This document shows, piece by piece, positions 24,601 through 37,925 of a stretch of DNA of 64,000 nt. The DNA comes from Trypanosoma brucei (taxonomy: Eukaryota). The translations under genes were made by a program, and so were the position numbers. The stretch's first letter is position 1; every line of letters begins with the position of its first letter. The notes below the pieces were generated by a model that worked only from the letters and a program-made list of their open reading frames with translations, did not search any database and was not told the origin of the DNA. The stretch is from positions 1-64,000 of the forward strand of contig CP000068.1 of assembly GCA_000002445.1 (NCBI GenBank), given 5' to 3'.

Positions 24601-25864
24601 TTAGGGACCTTTGTAGGCCCTTATTGTCATTCATGATCGCAGGAAATATATGGGCGAAAGGTCTGAATAGCAATCCCGGATGTGGGAACATGCGTTGTCT
24701 TACTTTTTTTTTTTACGAACTGTGCCGGCCTTTTTGAGATGTACACCATAAGGCGAAAGATATGTGATACAGGACCAAAGAGACTGGACAGTGGAAAGAA
24801 GTGGATCCAATAAGTTTTGAAGCCTAATATTCTGATAATGATATGGAATGCATACAATACCGACTGCTTTGTAACAATGATATTGTCACATCACAGCACT
24901 GCAGGACATATTACAAATGCGTTCCTTGACAAAAAAAAAACGCTTGAAGTGAACCGACAAGTGCTCCATCCCCCTTTTAGTAAACCAAAAACCGAAACAT
25001 CAATAGGTAAGCGCCGTTGTCCACTGAAAATAACGGACGCGAGGATGCTAGCAAAGCAACCCGTTGGCGTGTATATGGCGGTTGGAACTGTTCCTCAGAA
25101 AAAGTGTATCTATGCGGCAGCTGCAGCATCAAAACCCAAGGTTTGAGCACCGGTGAAGAGACAGAAACGTAAGAGAGCACTGCGGCGGGAAACCGTTCGG
25201 TTATTAGCGAGAGAAAGTTATCCAATGAGGGTGGGCTGTCAATGAGGTTTCGTTGATGCATGTGAAGATTAAGCGTCCAATGAAGGAGAAAATGGAACAC
25301 AGATTGCTGGTGTGGACAATGTCTGTGTTTGAGACCGTTGAGTATTACGCCTCGCTTAGCCGCTTTTTATCTTACTCCAATTTCATATTAAAATGAAAAT
25401 GAGAAGACTTTGAACCGTGTCTTATTTGCATTATTCTGAGCGGTGGTGGTTCAATAACATCCACCTTTCTCCGTTCCCAGCTCATTCGAAACATTTTTCT
25501 GGGGAAAAAAATCCCGGAATGCTGTAACACAGTGAAGCAAATGATACTTAAAACATTGTTATGATTGTATGTGTGTGATTACTGGGAGATGCTCTTATGC
25601 TTTCTTTGATATTACAACTTAAGTGATATGCGTGACTCGCATGGTGTAAGTCTGTGCTTCTCCATGTATTGAGCAAATTTCAGAGAATCTGTATATCGCC
25701 ACCGATGGGCTTAAAATTCCTAAGCACTATGTGGAGGTGATGACAGGCGTGCATATCAAAATTTGTTTTTGCGAAACTCTTCTTTATGCCCTTGGTAATT
25801 TATTATGATACTTCTTGTAAGGTTCCGTATACACTTGTGTAGTAGCAGCTTGTGAAGTAAAACA

Positions 25865-26680
25865 ATGCTTAAAATTGCAGCAGTCATTTTTTTGACGCTG
25901 AGGACGTGTAACCCCAGTGTTGTTTTCACACGACAACCGGACGTGCAGGTCACATATGGAGACGAAGGGCCGAGAGAGTACTTCGCTCCTACAGCAGAAC
26001 AGTTGGCACGGGGAAAGATAACTCCAAAACACGAAACTCAGCCGATGGTGGGACCTTTGACCCATGGCAGTATACCCGATGAAAGGAGTGAAGGAGGTGA
26101 AAGTGAGAATAAAAGTAGTGAAAAAGTCAGCCCTAAGGCAAGCGATCTTGAGAACGAGGATGGTACAGTGGTTGAAGTATTACACCAACCAGAGGCGAGT
26201 GGGGCACCTGTTGTTGCAGGTGAGGAAAGCACATATAGATCAGCACAAAAGTCAGAAAGAACAAAAAAACAACATGGCGAGGACGATGAGGGCAAAGGAG
26301 GGAAGAACAGAGAGGATATTTTAGGAATACAAGCAAAAAATCGTAACTACAGCCATGATGCACATCCTGCACCACGAGGTGCAGTCTCGGTGGTTAACCA
26401 AGGAAGCACACAAGGGGTGAAAACCGTGAGCAAACGATCAGTCGATGAGGAAGGAAAGGAGATTTCGCAGCAGCAAACGTCGAGGCAGTATGAAAGCTAC
26501 GTAGCGTTGCCACTGCGAAACGGAATGTCCGAGCATGAAGTGAGTAGACCTTCAGAGGTGGCCTTGGACGATGTGGGTGAACCCTCGTCCTTAAGTGAAA
26601 GTGTACCGAGGGGAAACGGTGCGAGTCGCAAAAGGTATGCGATATTACTCTACGCAGGATTAAGTGTTGTGTTCTCCTGA
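25865..26680 (+). CDS. Hypothetical acidic Ser/Glu/Gly-rich protein (271 aa) with N-terminal signal peptide and C-terminal hydrophobic (GPI-like) tail.
   Basis: 271-aa ORF standing alone in an otherwise ORF-poor 19-kb stretch. N-terminus MLKIAAVIFLTLRTCNPSVVF. C-terminus ...RYAILLYAGLSVVFS. Low-complexity acidic core. No recognised domain. Confidence 0.35.
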   Translation: MLKIAAVIFLTLRTCNPSVVFTRQPDVQVTYGDEGPREYFAPTAEQLARGKITPKHETQPMVGPLTHGSIPDERSEGGESENKSSEKVSPKASDLENEDGTVVEVLHQPEASGAPVVAGEESTYRSAQKSERTKKQHGEDDEGKGGKNREDILGIQAKNRNYSHDAHPAPRGAVSVVNQGSTQGVKTVSKRSVDEEGKEISQQQTSRQYESYVALPLRNGMSEHEVSRPSEVALDDVGEPSSLSESVPRGNGASRKRYAILLYAGLSVVFS

Positions 26681-29600
26681 AAATCATTGCCTTGCGCTGA
26701 TACATAGGCATACAACCAATGAATAAAGTGAGAGTTTGTCGAGGTAGAACTAAGGGTAAGAATAGGTGACTAAGCTGCTACTTTTTCCACCAAAGGGCAT
26801 GTGTATGTAGCTTTGTGCTGACACATGATAAAAGGATCGAATAACTCCAATATAATTATAAATAGGTTACAGAAGTGGAGCGAGTGACTGGAAGAGGGGA
26901 AAAGTAAATCAATGTCCTTCATTGTATAAGCAAAAGGTCACCAGTATTTGAAGTGACACAAATGCAAACCAGAAAACGGTGAACGCCCGTAAGAAAATTG
27001 GCCATGAGAATAGTGAACTTAACCTCAATGCTACTGAGGAAATAGTGGGTGATTTATTTTTTAAGATATGTAACGGGAACTGGTTGGCACCCAGAGGGAA
27101 ACGCACCATGAAGAAAATGGGTAAGGTCTCGGTGAAAGGTGTGGCGGCATCACAAACTTAAAATGTGATGGCAACACAAAATTCCTCGACCACCAAATTG
27201 GAAATCGTATCTGTGAATATTTAAGTATTTTTTAGACAGTGCTTGTTACGAGTAACACATAAAGACATAAATGATTTAATCGAGCAACGAATGGGTTGGC
27301 GAACTGCTGAGGGTACAGTTATATAAAGATCCTTAACTGATTGAGAAAAATTTGCTAAATCAGGCAATTCTTAAAAAGATATGAAGGACTGTTAAAGCGA
27401 TGCTTGACGGTATACGATGAATTATCTAAGGTAAACTACCAAAACGGGTACCCCTAGTGTGTGTACTTGTTGTGTTTTTTTTTTTTAAGCTTGTTGTTGC
27501 GGTCTATTTATCTAAACGAAGAGTGTACACTTTCTGCAATCAGTTTTCGAAGTAATTACCTTTTCAGCACAGAAACAATAACAAACAATAGTGATGCGAC
27601 TGCAAAATGGGGGATTTTGGTAAATTTGGTACGAGCACTCGTTTTTTATCTCCATGGTTAGTTGTGTGTTCGTGTATTTAAGCAAAGCTTGGCTGTAATA
27701 GGAACCAAGACTTGGATTTTGTTTTCTTTCTTGTAACTATGAATCTTTTACTTTGAATGCTATACATTTTCTAAATGTTGTTGCGTTAATAGGAAGTTGA
27801 AGTATTCCGCTTACTCCAGAGGGAAAAAACCGGCTGCTATACGGTTTAGATGGTGGTGTTTGATGATGCTGAGAAATAGATTGGAGCATTGTGGATGCTA
27901 AGCTGCCACGTGGCCGCATTTATTACCGTTCAATTTTTAGACGTGCGTGGCGTTCGTCCGTTCCTCAAATTTGATAAGGGATACGCGTTGTTCTTTGGGA
28001 ACGTGGTTTCCAACGACGAGACGCAGGTAAGGAAATAGTGAAACAGGCTGACTTTAGGTGGTGATTTTTTTCCATAAAATAAAAAGGTTGACTTTTGTCA
28101 GTGAACTTGTTATTGCGCGCTATTGTTTCCCACCGAACCAAAAAAGAACGGAGATATTTCTGCAGACTCCCCAGCGACGCGTCCATGGGATTACTATGAT
28201 GACAGTAGTTGGCGGACGGCGGATGTATTGTGCATTACGCTGTAAAGCAATTACTGTTTTTCCACTTCAACACATTTCTTGCGGACGATATCATAGGTGG
28301 TTGGTTTTCCATTTCTGTATGAGTTACAGGTTGCTGCTATCACTTTGAAACCGCTAGAATCACGAGGGAAATGTCATTTTTGTATTGCACTTACATTCAA
28401 AACCAATTGGGCAGCGCTTTGAAGGCAGTGAAGTAGCGTATGGAAATATTTGCGTATTGGTGGTTCTTTAACGTATGAGTGTTACGTTCCTAACGGTGAT
28501 GGAAAAAAAATTAACATATGAATGTGTGTTCAATAATAATTATTATTAAATGCCAAGTTCTCTTACTTTCTGTATCAAACAGTGAGTCTTTTTTTTTATT
28601 TTAATCTCACTTTTTCAAATGCGTATCGAGGTTTAGGAGGCACAATGTTGCTTAAAACTCAACTCTCACGAAAATGACACAAATTAAGGGAAGCCTCTAT
28701 CGCACCCACCATTTCCATGTGTGCAACAGTAAGCGAGTCATCGTAACAATTTTTTTTTGCGCGTGTGAAGTGTGAAATCCTCATGAGAACTCAAAATTCA
28801 CCACAATAATACTCATTATGCAAGGTGCTTTGAGTGGGGAAGGCGGCGCAGACTCAAATATCCAAAACAATTTATTTTCCCATATGGCGGAGCGAACGGA
28901 AGCTGTAGTGAAACACACACTGCAAAGCGAGAAAAGTATATCTCCTAGTGTCGACACTCTCCAACGATGTGAGCACAAAACCCTTCATTTACGAACAGGA
29001 GGCTTCAGTTTGTTTATTTGTTTGTTTGTTTTTGAATCCATTCCTCACATCAGCGTCCAAAATTTAATACAGGGAATTCAGAACCTTTATCATGACCATT
29101 ATTGTTGTGTCTTGTGAGAAGGTACATATTTTATGATAGGAACTTACTGGGCACCAGCAGCCAACAAAGAAATACGAAAGAACACAACAGTGATAAACAT
29201 ATATTACCTTGAAGCTACATGTGTACGTTTGCACGGAATTAGCTCAGTGATGTTTGCGAACTCAGAGAATGAGGAAAAGCGACAGTCAGATGAAATGAAT
29301 AAAATACCAAATGTCGTGGATCAATTAATATGTTTGAAAATAGAGTCTCATGCTGTATAGTCCTTGGAGGCATGAAAATAGATTTAATAACGCTAAGGCG
29401 TGACGGTGTTGAGGCATGTGTTTTTCAACATGCGTTGAAAGGGGTGGGAAATGTCAGTGAATACCTGAGGAAGCGCCAAAACTATTTTTTTTTTTAATGG
29501 CCACAAAATGCTGCAGTGGAGCAGTGTGGAAATAATTTCATTGGATAGAAAACTGTGTGTGGAAAGCTTATTAAAATTATTTGAAATTTATAACTGTTCT

Positions 29601-32600
29601 ACCTGAGTAACTGTGTGCGTGCTTTAGTACAGGAATCCCTTTGTAGTAAAGCTTCTGTATCCTTTACAAAGAAACACTAAGAAGCCGAATTAGTTAGAAA
29701 AGTAAAGCAAATATTTTCATCAAGAGCAATACTCAACATTTTGCTTCAGGACAAAAAAAACACTCATTCTGTGAGAAAAGCATCTGAGGGGACGTGAAGC
29801 AAGAGGTGATAATGTTTTCAGTTTATATGGCTCCGTATGCAATGCAAAGTGGAGTCACATTATAATGGATAACGAAACTCAACTGCTCGGGATGGAGTTT
29901 GTAGATAGAACGCGTGGTGGCAATGTAATGTGGAAGGATGAAGAAGTTAATGTTGTCCCCAAAATTGAGGAAGCTGTTGAGAAGAAACCAGAGTGCAGGG
30001 AAGAAGTTGAAGCAATGGTTCTAACATCTCAAATGGGGTGATAATAAGCCAAGTTTACCGACGGAAGTAACAAAAACATATTCATCCGTAGAGAAGAGCT
30101 CTGTGTATGGAATGTTGTAAGGAGTGGAATTGAATTATGGCGTACACAGCGTGCTTTACCGGAATGTCTTTATTTTCCACGATCATACGCTGCCATTGTT
30201 AACCTTGGGATTGGCAAATCTCAGAATTTTGGTTCTTTCATCCTCTACAAGTTATTGCATTGTGATGCGGAAGAGTTGCCTATTGTTGCGTATTTCTGCG
30301 GCATGGCAGTACTTATATTTGAAACCAACTGACGGACCCTTCGGCATGATCAAGGGAGATAGAAGGTACACAGCTTTCATGCTGGACGGAAGCATGCCAA
30401 GCATTAGTCATTTTTTCTGCTACACCTTTAATGAAAGTGTGCATTTATCTGAGTTGTCTGTGAATTGGGGAAGCGCTTCGACCAGTTCGTTTAATGAGCA
30501 AACTCCCATGGCAGAGTGTTGAACACACCTCATTGCGATGTCGGAATCCGGTGCATCTTCGAGAGGGGACGAGATTAAATGTTCGCGCGCATCCCGTCTT
30601 AAGGATTGCGGCAGTCGGACGGTAACGGACTGCCAGGGGGAGAAGGGAAAGCGGCGAAACCGTCGGTTTTCGGGATGGTGGGAAGTATCGGCGTGATCCT
30701 CCACGTGTGCAAACATGATTCTTTCGGTATCTTTAGAGCGCTCTCAATGTTGAGATCGGTGGTGTTGAGCAGGACGCAGGTATGATCTCAAGTGAGTCGC
30801 AGCGGAATTCCGGGGAACTCTCCTCCCCGAAAAGGATCACCTAAGCAAATAACTGCGCGAGAAAAGGGTAGCTGCCACATTTTGTAGTAAACGTTATCAT
30901 CAGGCCCGGAGGCGGAATCCACAGTGATGACTGGGTGTTGGAAGATTGATATGGCATGGCCTCCTAAGGGTTCATAAGCGTGGAGATTGGCAAAGGATGG
31001 GATCGGTGTGTTGAAGGTTTCGCAAAAAAAAAAAAAGACAAGCGAGTACGAAATACGATCGGTTGATCTAGCTGTCGCACCGGAGCCGCTAATTGCATCT
31101 GTATCGACGTTTTTACACGAACGAAAACAATAACAAAGGAGGAATCGGGTATACGGTGGCCGACATAACGTTTCAAAACAGCCGGGCACGGGGTTCAGCC
31201 ACAACATCTATCAACGGATGATGATGTGCTGTGCAATGGCCCTCGCAGTACATGATGGAAATAACCGGTACGAGGAATGACGCGAGAACGTCCCATGTGT
31301 AACTGGTTTTCACCTCAAGTCATGGTCTTCTACAGGTTATGTGGGGGGAACGAAAATATCAGGAAATTGCGGAAGACAAGGTTTGAAAAGAGTTTTTCGC
31401 TGTCATCGTCATCATTCTTCGGAAAGTCAGTATATGGGTTGTTATTATGGCGGTGCGAACTAGACCAGTCCGACGACGGCCACTGCATTTTCTCCCGGCG
31501 ACTACTGATATTTTCTCCGCCTTGTCCCTTTCCAAACACTTTTAACTCCTGAAGGTTTCGACATCTTTTCACTTCTTCAGCTGTGCTCGCGTCTTCCTTC
31601 TGTTCCCGATGTCAACGACTGCTGTCCTTTTTACCTTTGCAGAATTCGCACGCTCTCAAGAATTTCCTTACATTTTGCACCTCTTCCCAGTTCTCTCGCC
31701 CACATCGTGGTCATTCCTATGCCTTCGCCACGATAGCGTGACGGTTTTTACCATACGCCTCGTCACCGAATCTAGCGCCGGTGTTTCCCGCGCCTGTGAA
31801 CTTTCGCCCATGGTGTCCACGGCAAGTCGTTTCTCAACGATCCTTATTTCGCTGCATTTGCAAGTTGCCGTTGGCTCTCTTTCCCACTTGACGTCATGAC
31901 AACAATGGCTGCGTTCGGCTTTGGCATATGGCTTGTGCACAGCATCTCTTGTTTTGCTTATTTCTTCCGTGTGTCGAGTGAATGCTGCCGTTGGCATTGA
32001 CGTTCCTGAACTCAGCAAGCTCCTGCGATCACTCACTTTCGTGAGTTCCATCAGCCGTAACTGTTGTGCTCTCGAGTTTGGCATAGTTCTTTCGCTCGCT
32101 TAGCGTCAGTTAAATGCCACGGCCATGGGCGTCTCCTGCGCAACAATGCTTTTCTTTATGTCAGCAGCGTCGGCCTTACATATTTAAGCCGTACGTTGCG
32201 TGGGAAGACGCAGCTATGGTTTCAGGGTGGTGAACTCCGTTCGTTTGTTTTATCATCAGCGACGAATTCGATTACACAATTTGTTTTATCCTTCTGTAAC
32301 TTTCCCTTCCCCAGTTTCAACTGTACAGGTTTTCCTGAAAGCCACTCCCATCTGACAAGTTGGTTTGTTTTTTCCTCCCTTTACCGCTTCCAACAAACAG
32401 AACGCCGTCGGCGACACAGCTACATCTCTTTTTCACCTTACCTTCCCCACCGAACAACATCGTTTAAAGATCAATACTTTCGATACAACTTGAGCGCAAG
32501 AAGTTTTTCGGCAGAGATGGCCAAGAATAGTCAAGTCTCACTTCCCTATAACATAGTAATAGAAAAAATATACCATAAATATAAGAGTGTTTTCGTACAA

Positions 32601-33169
32601 ATGAGTTTTACTGAAATATGAGTCATATCTCAATTAAACTTTATTGTCACATATTTAATCCATTCCTTATATTACTCACGAAGCGGAAGTTTCTGAAAGC
32701 GCAGTTTACTCACCTCCCGTGCTCCCCTTTACTTGCCCTTTGGAGACAGCCGCGTGGTTATCTTTCTGAGATCACGTAACTCCATGCAGAATTAATTCTT
32801 CCATCACACAGCACCTTCTCCCTATGGCTAAAGCCTCATGAACCATTGGCATTGGTATGTGTGTTGCAATTCTTACCATATTTTTTAAAATAATAACATG
32901 CATCATAGTAGTGTTGTTCACGCATACATATACCAAACTCTTCAACCTCTTTCAGAAGGCAAATATTCACAAGTTAGCTCTAGTTTCACAAGCACCACTT
33001 GCAATTAAGAACTTCTTTCTTGAGTTGAGGAATTATAAAACCATCCCCATCATATTTGTATGGAAGCATCCGTTACCATCATGGCCACAGTTGCCGCAAC
33101 TCGCTACCTGCTCACTGGTGTTTTCTTTACCAAACTTCACATCCATTTTTGCGTCAGCCGTAACGCATA

Positions 33170-33200
33170 TGTATATGTGTGTGTATGTGTGTGTGTGTGG
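33170..33200. repeat. (TG)n / (TGTA)-type microsatellite.
   Basis: Sequence tatatgtgtgtgtatgtgtgtgtgtgtggtgg seen directly. Confidence 0.8.
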
Positions 33201-35328
33201 TGGCATGGTTAAATTATTGGGTCGCATCAGGACCGTATTGCGTCATTAAAAATATCACGTTACCATTAAAAAAAAAAAAGTAGCAGTATTATTAAGGAGA
33301 AAGCTATTGTTTTTTCTCACTCCTGCTGCCGCGTACATCATGCGTGATACAACAGTTTCCATTTATTCTATGGTAGTTTTTTTCATATAGCAAGGGATAC
33401 TCGGAATTGCTGTATCACTTTCGTTGTCCCAGCCATACTGTCTGCTTTTCATAGTTAAACTAAAACTCCAATGAAATCACATTGTTGTGTCATGCTTTGC
33501 AAATCACCAATGATAGTATGCCCCACATTTCTTCACGTTCGTAACTATTTTGTTTCCACGACATTTAACCACGTCATGTGCCTCACACTGATACATATGT
33601 TGCATATCCATGTTTGAGTCCTTAATATTTCAGGGTTCGCTTGCTGCAGTTTCACGACATCGGCGTCTTCTAAAAAGAGCTTTGTAATGGTGTGTGAAAC
33701 TCCAGGATTCTCCTTTATTGACTGATGGGGAGTTGATTCAAATTCAATAGTTCCTCATTTTCGCTAACGTATCGGAACCTCACCCGAATATCCTCAGGCA
33801 ACTTCACTTGGGAGAGAAATGACTTTAGATCAAACACTGCCACCGACTGGTCATGGAGAGTATTTAGATACTGGGAAAAGTGACACAATGGGACATATGC
33901 CTCACAATCATCCCTGCTCTTTTTAGCCTTTGGTCATGCAATAAATCAACGCCTTCTTCCAAATCTGTGTTTCCTCCATCACAAAGAATAGCACACAACT
34001 CATCCTGTCGTATGTCTCTCTGAAACTGGGCCAATGATACGCGGCTGCTTCATTATTTGGGACTTCTTTTTCCACAATGTGCAATTTCAGATTCCCTGTT
34101 TGATACTTTCTCTCTTTGTTTCTCTCTTTCCACATCATCTGTGCTATTCTTAATGCTCCAAACCTCATCAAATCGTTTACTCGGTGCTTGCATCATCCTC
34201 TGTCAAATCCACGGAAGGAAAATCATTCCCACATTCATTTCCTATTGGAGAGGTGAAGTCTTTTTTTTTCCTCCTCTTCCCGTGAGGTCACCTTTGTTTT
34301 CCCTTGTGAGTGTCAAGGAATGTTGTGCCCTTAATAATTTGGAAAGGTATTCCCTGTTATAAGTCCCGTCTTCCCTCACACTGACGCTGCACATTCCTTC
34401 CAATTATATCTTACATCAAAAACACTCAAAGAATCGACTTGCTGACGGCAGTTGTCACACATCTGAGATACCGCACTGTGCCTCGTGGAAGTTCTATTGT
34501 GTAGATGTGCTTTCCCAATTCTATTAATAATATGTTGTCAATGTCGTGTTCCATTGCAACTACTTCCGCTGCGCGTGTCAGAAGTGCTCTTCTCTTTATG
34601 GGATGTTCTATCATTACGTATGGTCGTTTCAGTATGGTGTCACTTTTCCCTTTTGTGGTAATGGCTGTGATTTTTCCTCTTTCCTCCAGAGGTTCCTCCC
34701 TATGACTTTTCTCACACTGGCAATATCCTTTTCCCAGTTGATATTTACGCATCGGGTGACTCTGTGGGTATCGCTTTTGAATTTCTTTAGATGGTTCCCT
34801 CCCAAAAAAATACACTATTGAGGCTTTTTTTTCGTGTGAGTGTGGTATAACATTTTTCTCTTTTTTGGGAGCTGTATAATTACTTTTTGCCATCGCATGG
34901 CTGGGTGTAATTCATTCCATTGATATTGCGGCTGGATACCACTCTGGACGGAACTTCCTGCAAGATATTATCGAACCTCCATTACAACATGTGTTGTGTT
35001 TGTTTGATGGGTTCACCTGTTACCGTATTGTAAAGACAGACCCCAAAACAACATCCGCGTCGGTGTGTCCAATAGAAATGATGGAAGAGCTCTCCTGTAC
35101 TGAAATGGCAATGCTCTTTACGAGTTGTAAACTTACAACAACAAATAGAAGTGCAGTTGCTCCCTATGCTGAAATGCGGTAATGATTTTCCCACGACACA
35201 TAAAAACTCCACATGACGAATTCCCTGTTGCTCACATGTTTTAGTCCTCGGCCACATTCACTTTGCTATTCTGTGGGGTCCTGAAACCAATGTCATGATG
35301 TACGGATGGCTTTGTGTGGGAACTGCAG

Positions 35329-35430
35329 TAATAATAATAAATAATAATAATAAATAATAATAATAATAATAAATAATAATAATAATAAATAATAATAATA
35401 ATAATGATAATAATAATAATAATAATAATG

Positions 35431-35462
<32 letters not shown>

Positions 35463-35520
35463 TAATAATAATAAATAATAATAATAATAATAGGAGAGTG
35501 TTGTGAGTGTATCATTATTG
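35329..35520 (+). repeat. 70-bp-type VSG upstream repeat with a greatly expanded (TAA)n/(TGA) tract (~165 bp). Marks the upstream boundary of the VSG array.
   Basis: A long run taataataaataataat...gataataat ends in AGGAGAGTGTTGTGAGTGTATCATTATTG. This matches the 70-bp repeat core (..AGAGTGTTGTGAGTGTGTATATACGAATATTATAATAAGAG) recalled from established knowledge. Confidence 0.8.
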
Positions 35521-36318
35521 TAAAGAATGTGATAGACAGCTCACGATACCAAGCGGAGTTCAGACTCCAGAACCATTTAGATTTTATTTAGATACGGTTC
35601 GCCGCATTAAGAGAGTTGCACCTTCTCGGCCTGCAGTGGTTAAGCCAACCAAACCATACACAGGCAACTGGGGAATGAAACAGCCACGAATAATCAACGT
35701 GAATCTAGAGGCGGGGGTGCAGCTGCAGTGTCTCAATAAGTCTCGAAAAATTGGAACTGAAAGCGAACTTAGAAGCTAAAACATCCAAAGGTGTGAAGAA
35801 ATGGGTATTGCAAACTACTTGATCAGTTCCCGCGGTGACTTCGATTGATGGTAGTCTAGAGAAGTGAAATGTCTAGTATTTTTAACAAAAATATGACATT
35901 TTATGGAAACAGATACAGTGAAAGAGCTTAACGGGCTCAAGGGTTGTATATAATAGTACCACAGTTTGAAAGAGTTTTAACGTCAACATTATAACCGTCC
36001 CGAAGAAATCATAGAAGACACACGGTAACTTCCTTGGTCAAATACAGAGATTTGGTAAAGCAAAGCAATAGCGTACACTATTTTTTAGCATGTGCACGGA
36101 AAACAATACATATTTATACTTGATCAATAACATAGCATACCTTTCAGTTTACCTCTCTGAAGCTTCAAGAGCGCCAGCACATGCACCGCACATCCATGTG
36201 GCCCGAACAATCTCAATTGACAACTTATGCACTAACTTTTGCGTATATCTTGCACATAGTGTGCAGCAACACGGAGGCGACGACGAAAAAGCCGTTCAAA
36301 TGAACCGAGGTTGAAAAG

Positions 36319-37755
36319 TTGTGCACACTATCGGCGTTTCTAAGCAAGATAGGACAGCATGCAAGTCAAAAAGCGCAGACAATAAAGAACGCAATTGCAG
36401 CAGCAAACAAGGTCCAAGTACAAGCACTCGCAGGAGCAGCGGCGACACAAAATACTAATACGAGCCCGGTGTACTATGCCATGGCCATGGCGGCCCAGGA
36501 CTGCGTAGATCAAGCAACCGAACAGCATGACGACATTGTGAAAAAGGGCCTCGCAGCAACGGCCAGAGCCGCAAGCACAGCGGGCGGCATTGCCGAATTT
36601 ATCTCTTTACTCAAGGCAGTTTCTAACGGTGGGGCCACGACGGGCTATTGCCTTAGCACGACAAAAAATACGACAGTGACGGCGACAAAAATTGGCGATT
36701 TCGAATGTACGGCACCAGAATTCGCGACAACTGGCGAACCGCAACCCTTTGATGACAGGCTAGTATCAGCAAGCGGCTTTCCAACCATGAATTCAGGTAG
36801 TTTGCTCGACGGGACAGACAATACAAAATGCATGTTTCTGCGCAAAAGCGGCGGTGTGCCGGCAGCGGCCGACCTATTCCAGTCATCAGGCCCCCACGAC
36901 TTTGCGTCGCAGCTGATAAAGGTCACTGCGGCTGATAGCGGCAACAACGCAGCAGTATTCAGCTCGCTGCACGCCATAGCATCTCAATGGCAGCTCAACG
37001 GTGGAGCGGCCAACACGATGCCGAAAAAGCTTTACAAAGCCCTAGTAGACCTCAAGACAGCCAACCCATCAACATGCGGTGAAACGGCTGCCAACGTAAT
37101 CGAGAATTAAATTCAGGAAATAAAGTGACATCCATGATAATAATAGTACTACAAGAAAAGCATCCCCAAGCAAAACCGCCAGACGGTGAAGGGTGGGCTC
37201 AGCAATTAATAGACTCAATAGCACCAAAAACAGGCCAGCAACCAAAAAAGATCATGGAAGCACTAGAAAAGGTGGCTGTCAAAAAAATCGAGGGCAAAAA
37301 CACAGCCGATAAAGCAGTCAGCACGGTTGGCGATGATGGTGAACTAAGAAAAAGCATACTTCTTCAGCATATAATGAACAGAGAAGCCGTTGCAAACTTA
37401 GCAAATCAATTGCAGGAAGAAAAAGCAAAAAAAACACAGAAACCACAAGGATTACCGAGACAGATGAGAGTTGTCAAAAGAAAGGGCCAGGAGATAACTG
37501 CAAAGAAGGCTGCAAAGAAGTCGAAGAAGGTGGAAAAAAGAAGTGCGTAAAGGATTCAAATTACAAGCTAAAACAGGAATATGGAAAAAAAGAAGGTGGG
37601 GTAGCAGTCTCAGATTGCAAATCTAATCAAAAAGAGGCAGAATGCACAGAAAATTGCAAATGGAAGGGCAAAGAGTGTAGGACTCCTGTTTTCTTGTCAA
37701 TAAGAAATTGGCCCTGAGTGTGGCTGCTGTTTTTGTGAGTTTTGCAACATTCTAG
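36319..37755 (+). pseudogene. VSG: VSG pseudogene (cassette 1). The N-terminal domain lacks a signal peptide. At least two frame breaks precede a recognisable C-terminal domain and GPI signal.
   Basis: ORFs 36319-37110 and 37125-37550 plus a third frame ending ...ECTENCKWKGKECRTPVFLSIRNWP / DSCFLVNKKLALSVAAVFVSFATF* (stop 37753-37755). The N-domain is A-type-like and Ala/Thr-rich. The first ORF starts MCTLSAFLSKIGQHASQKAQ, which is not a signal peptide. Confidence 0.8.
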
Positions 37756-37809
37756 CATTTTGAAAATTGTTGCGGAAATTTATTAAATTTATAACAATTT
37801 CTTAATAGT

Positions 37810-37925
37810 GGTAATATCAGAAGGGAAAGAATGTTATGAGTGTGTATATACTAATATAATAATAAGAAGAATCAGAATAAAAGAAGAGTGTTTTGAGTGT
37901 GTCTACCGGTATTATAAGAGTATTT
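37810..37925 (+). repeat. 70-bp-type repeat, ~2 degenerate units.
   Basis: GAATGTTATGAGTGTGTATATACTAATATAATAATAAGAAG and AGAGTGTTTTGAGTGTGTCTACCGGTATTATAAGAG. Confidence 0.7.
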
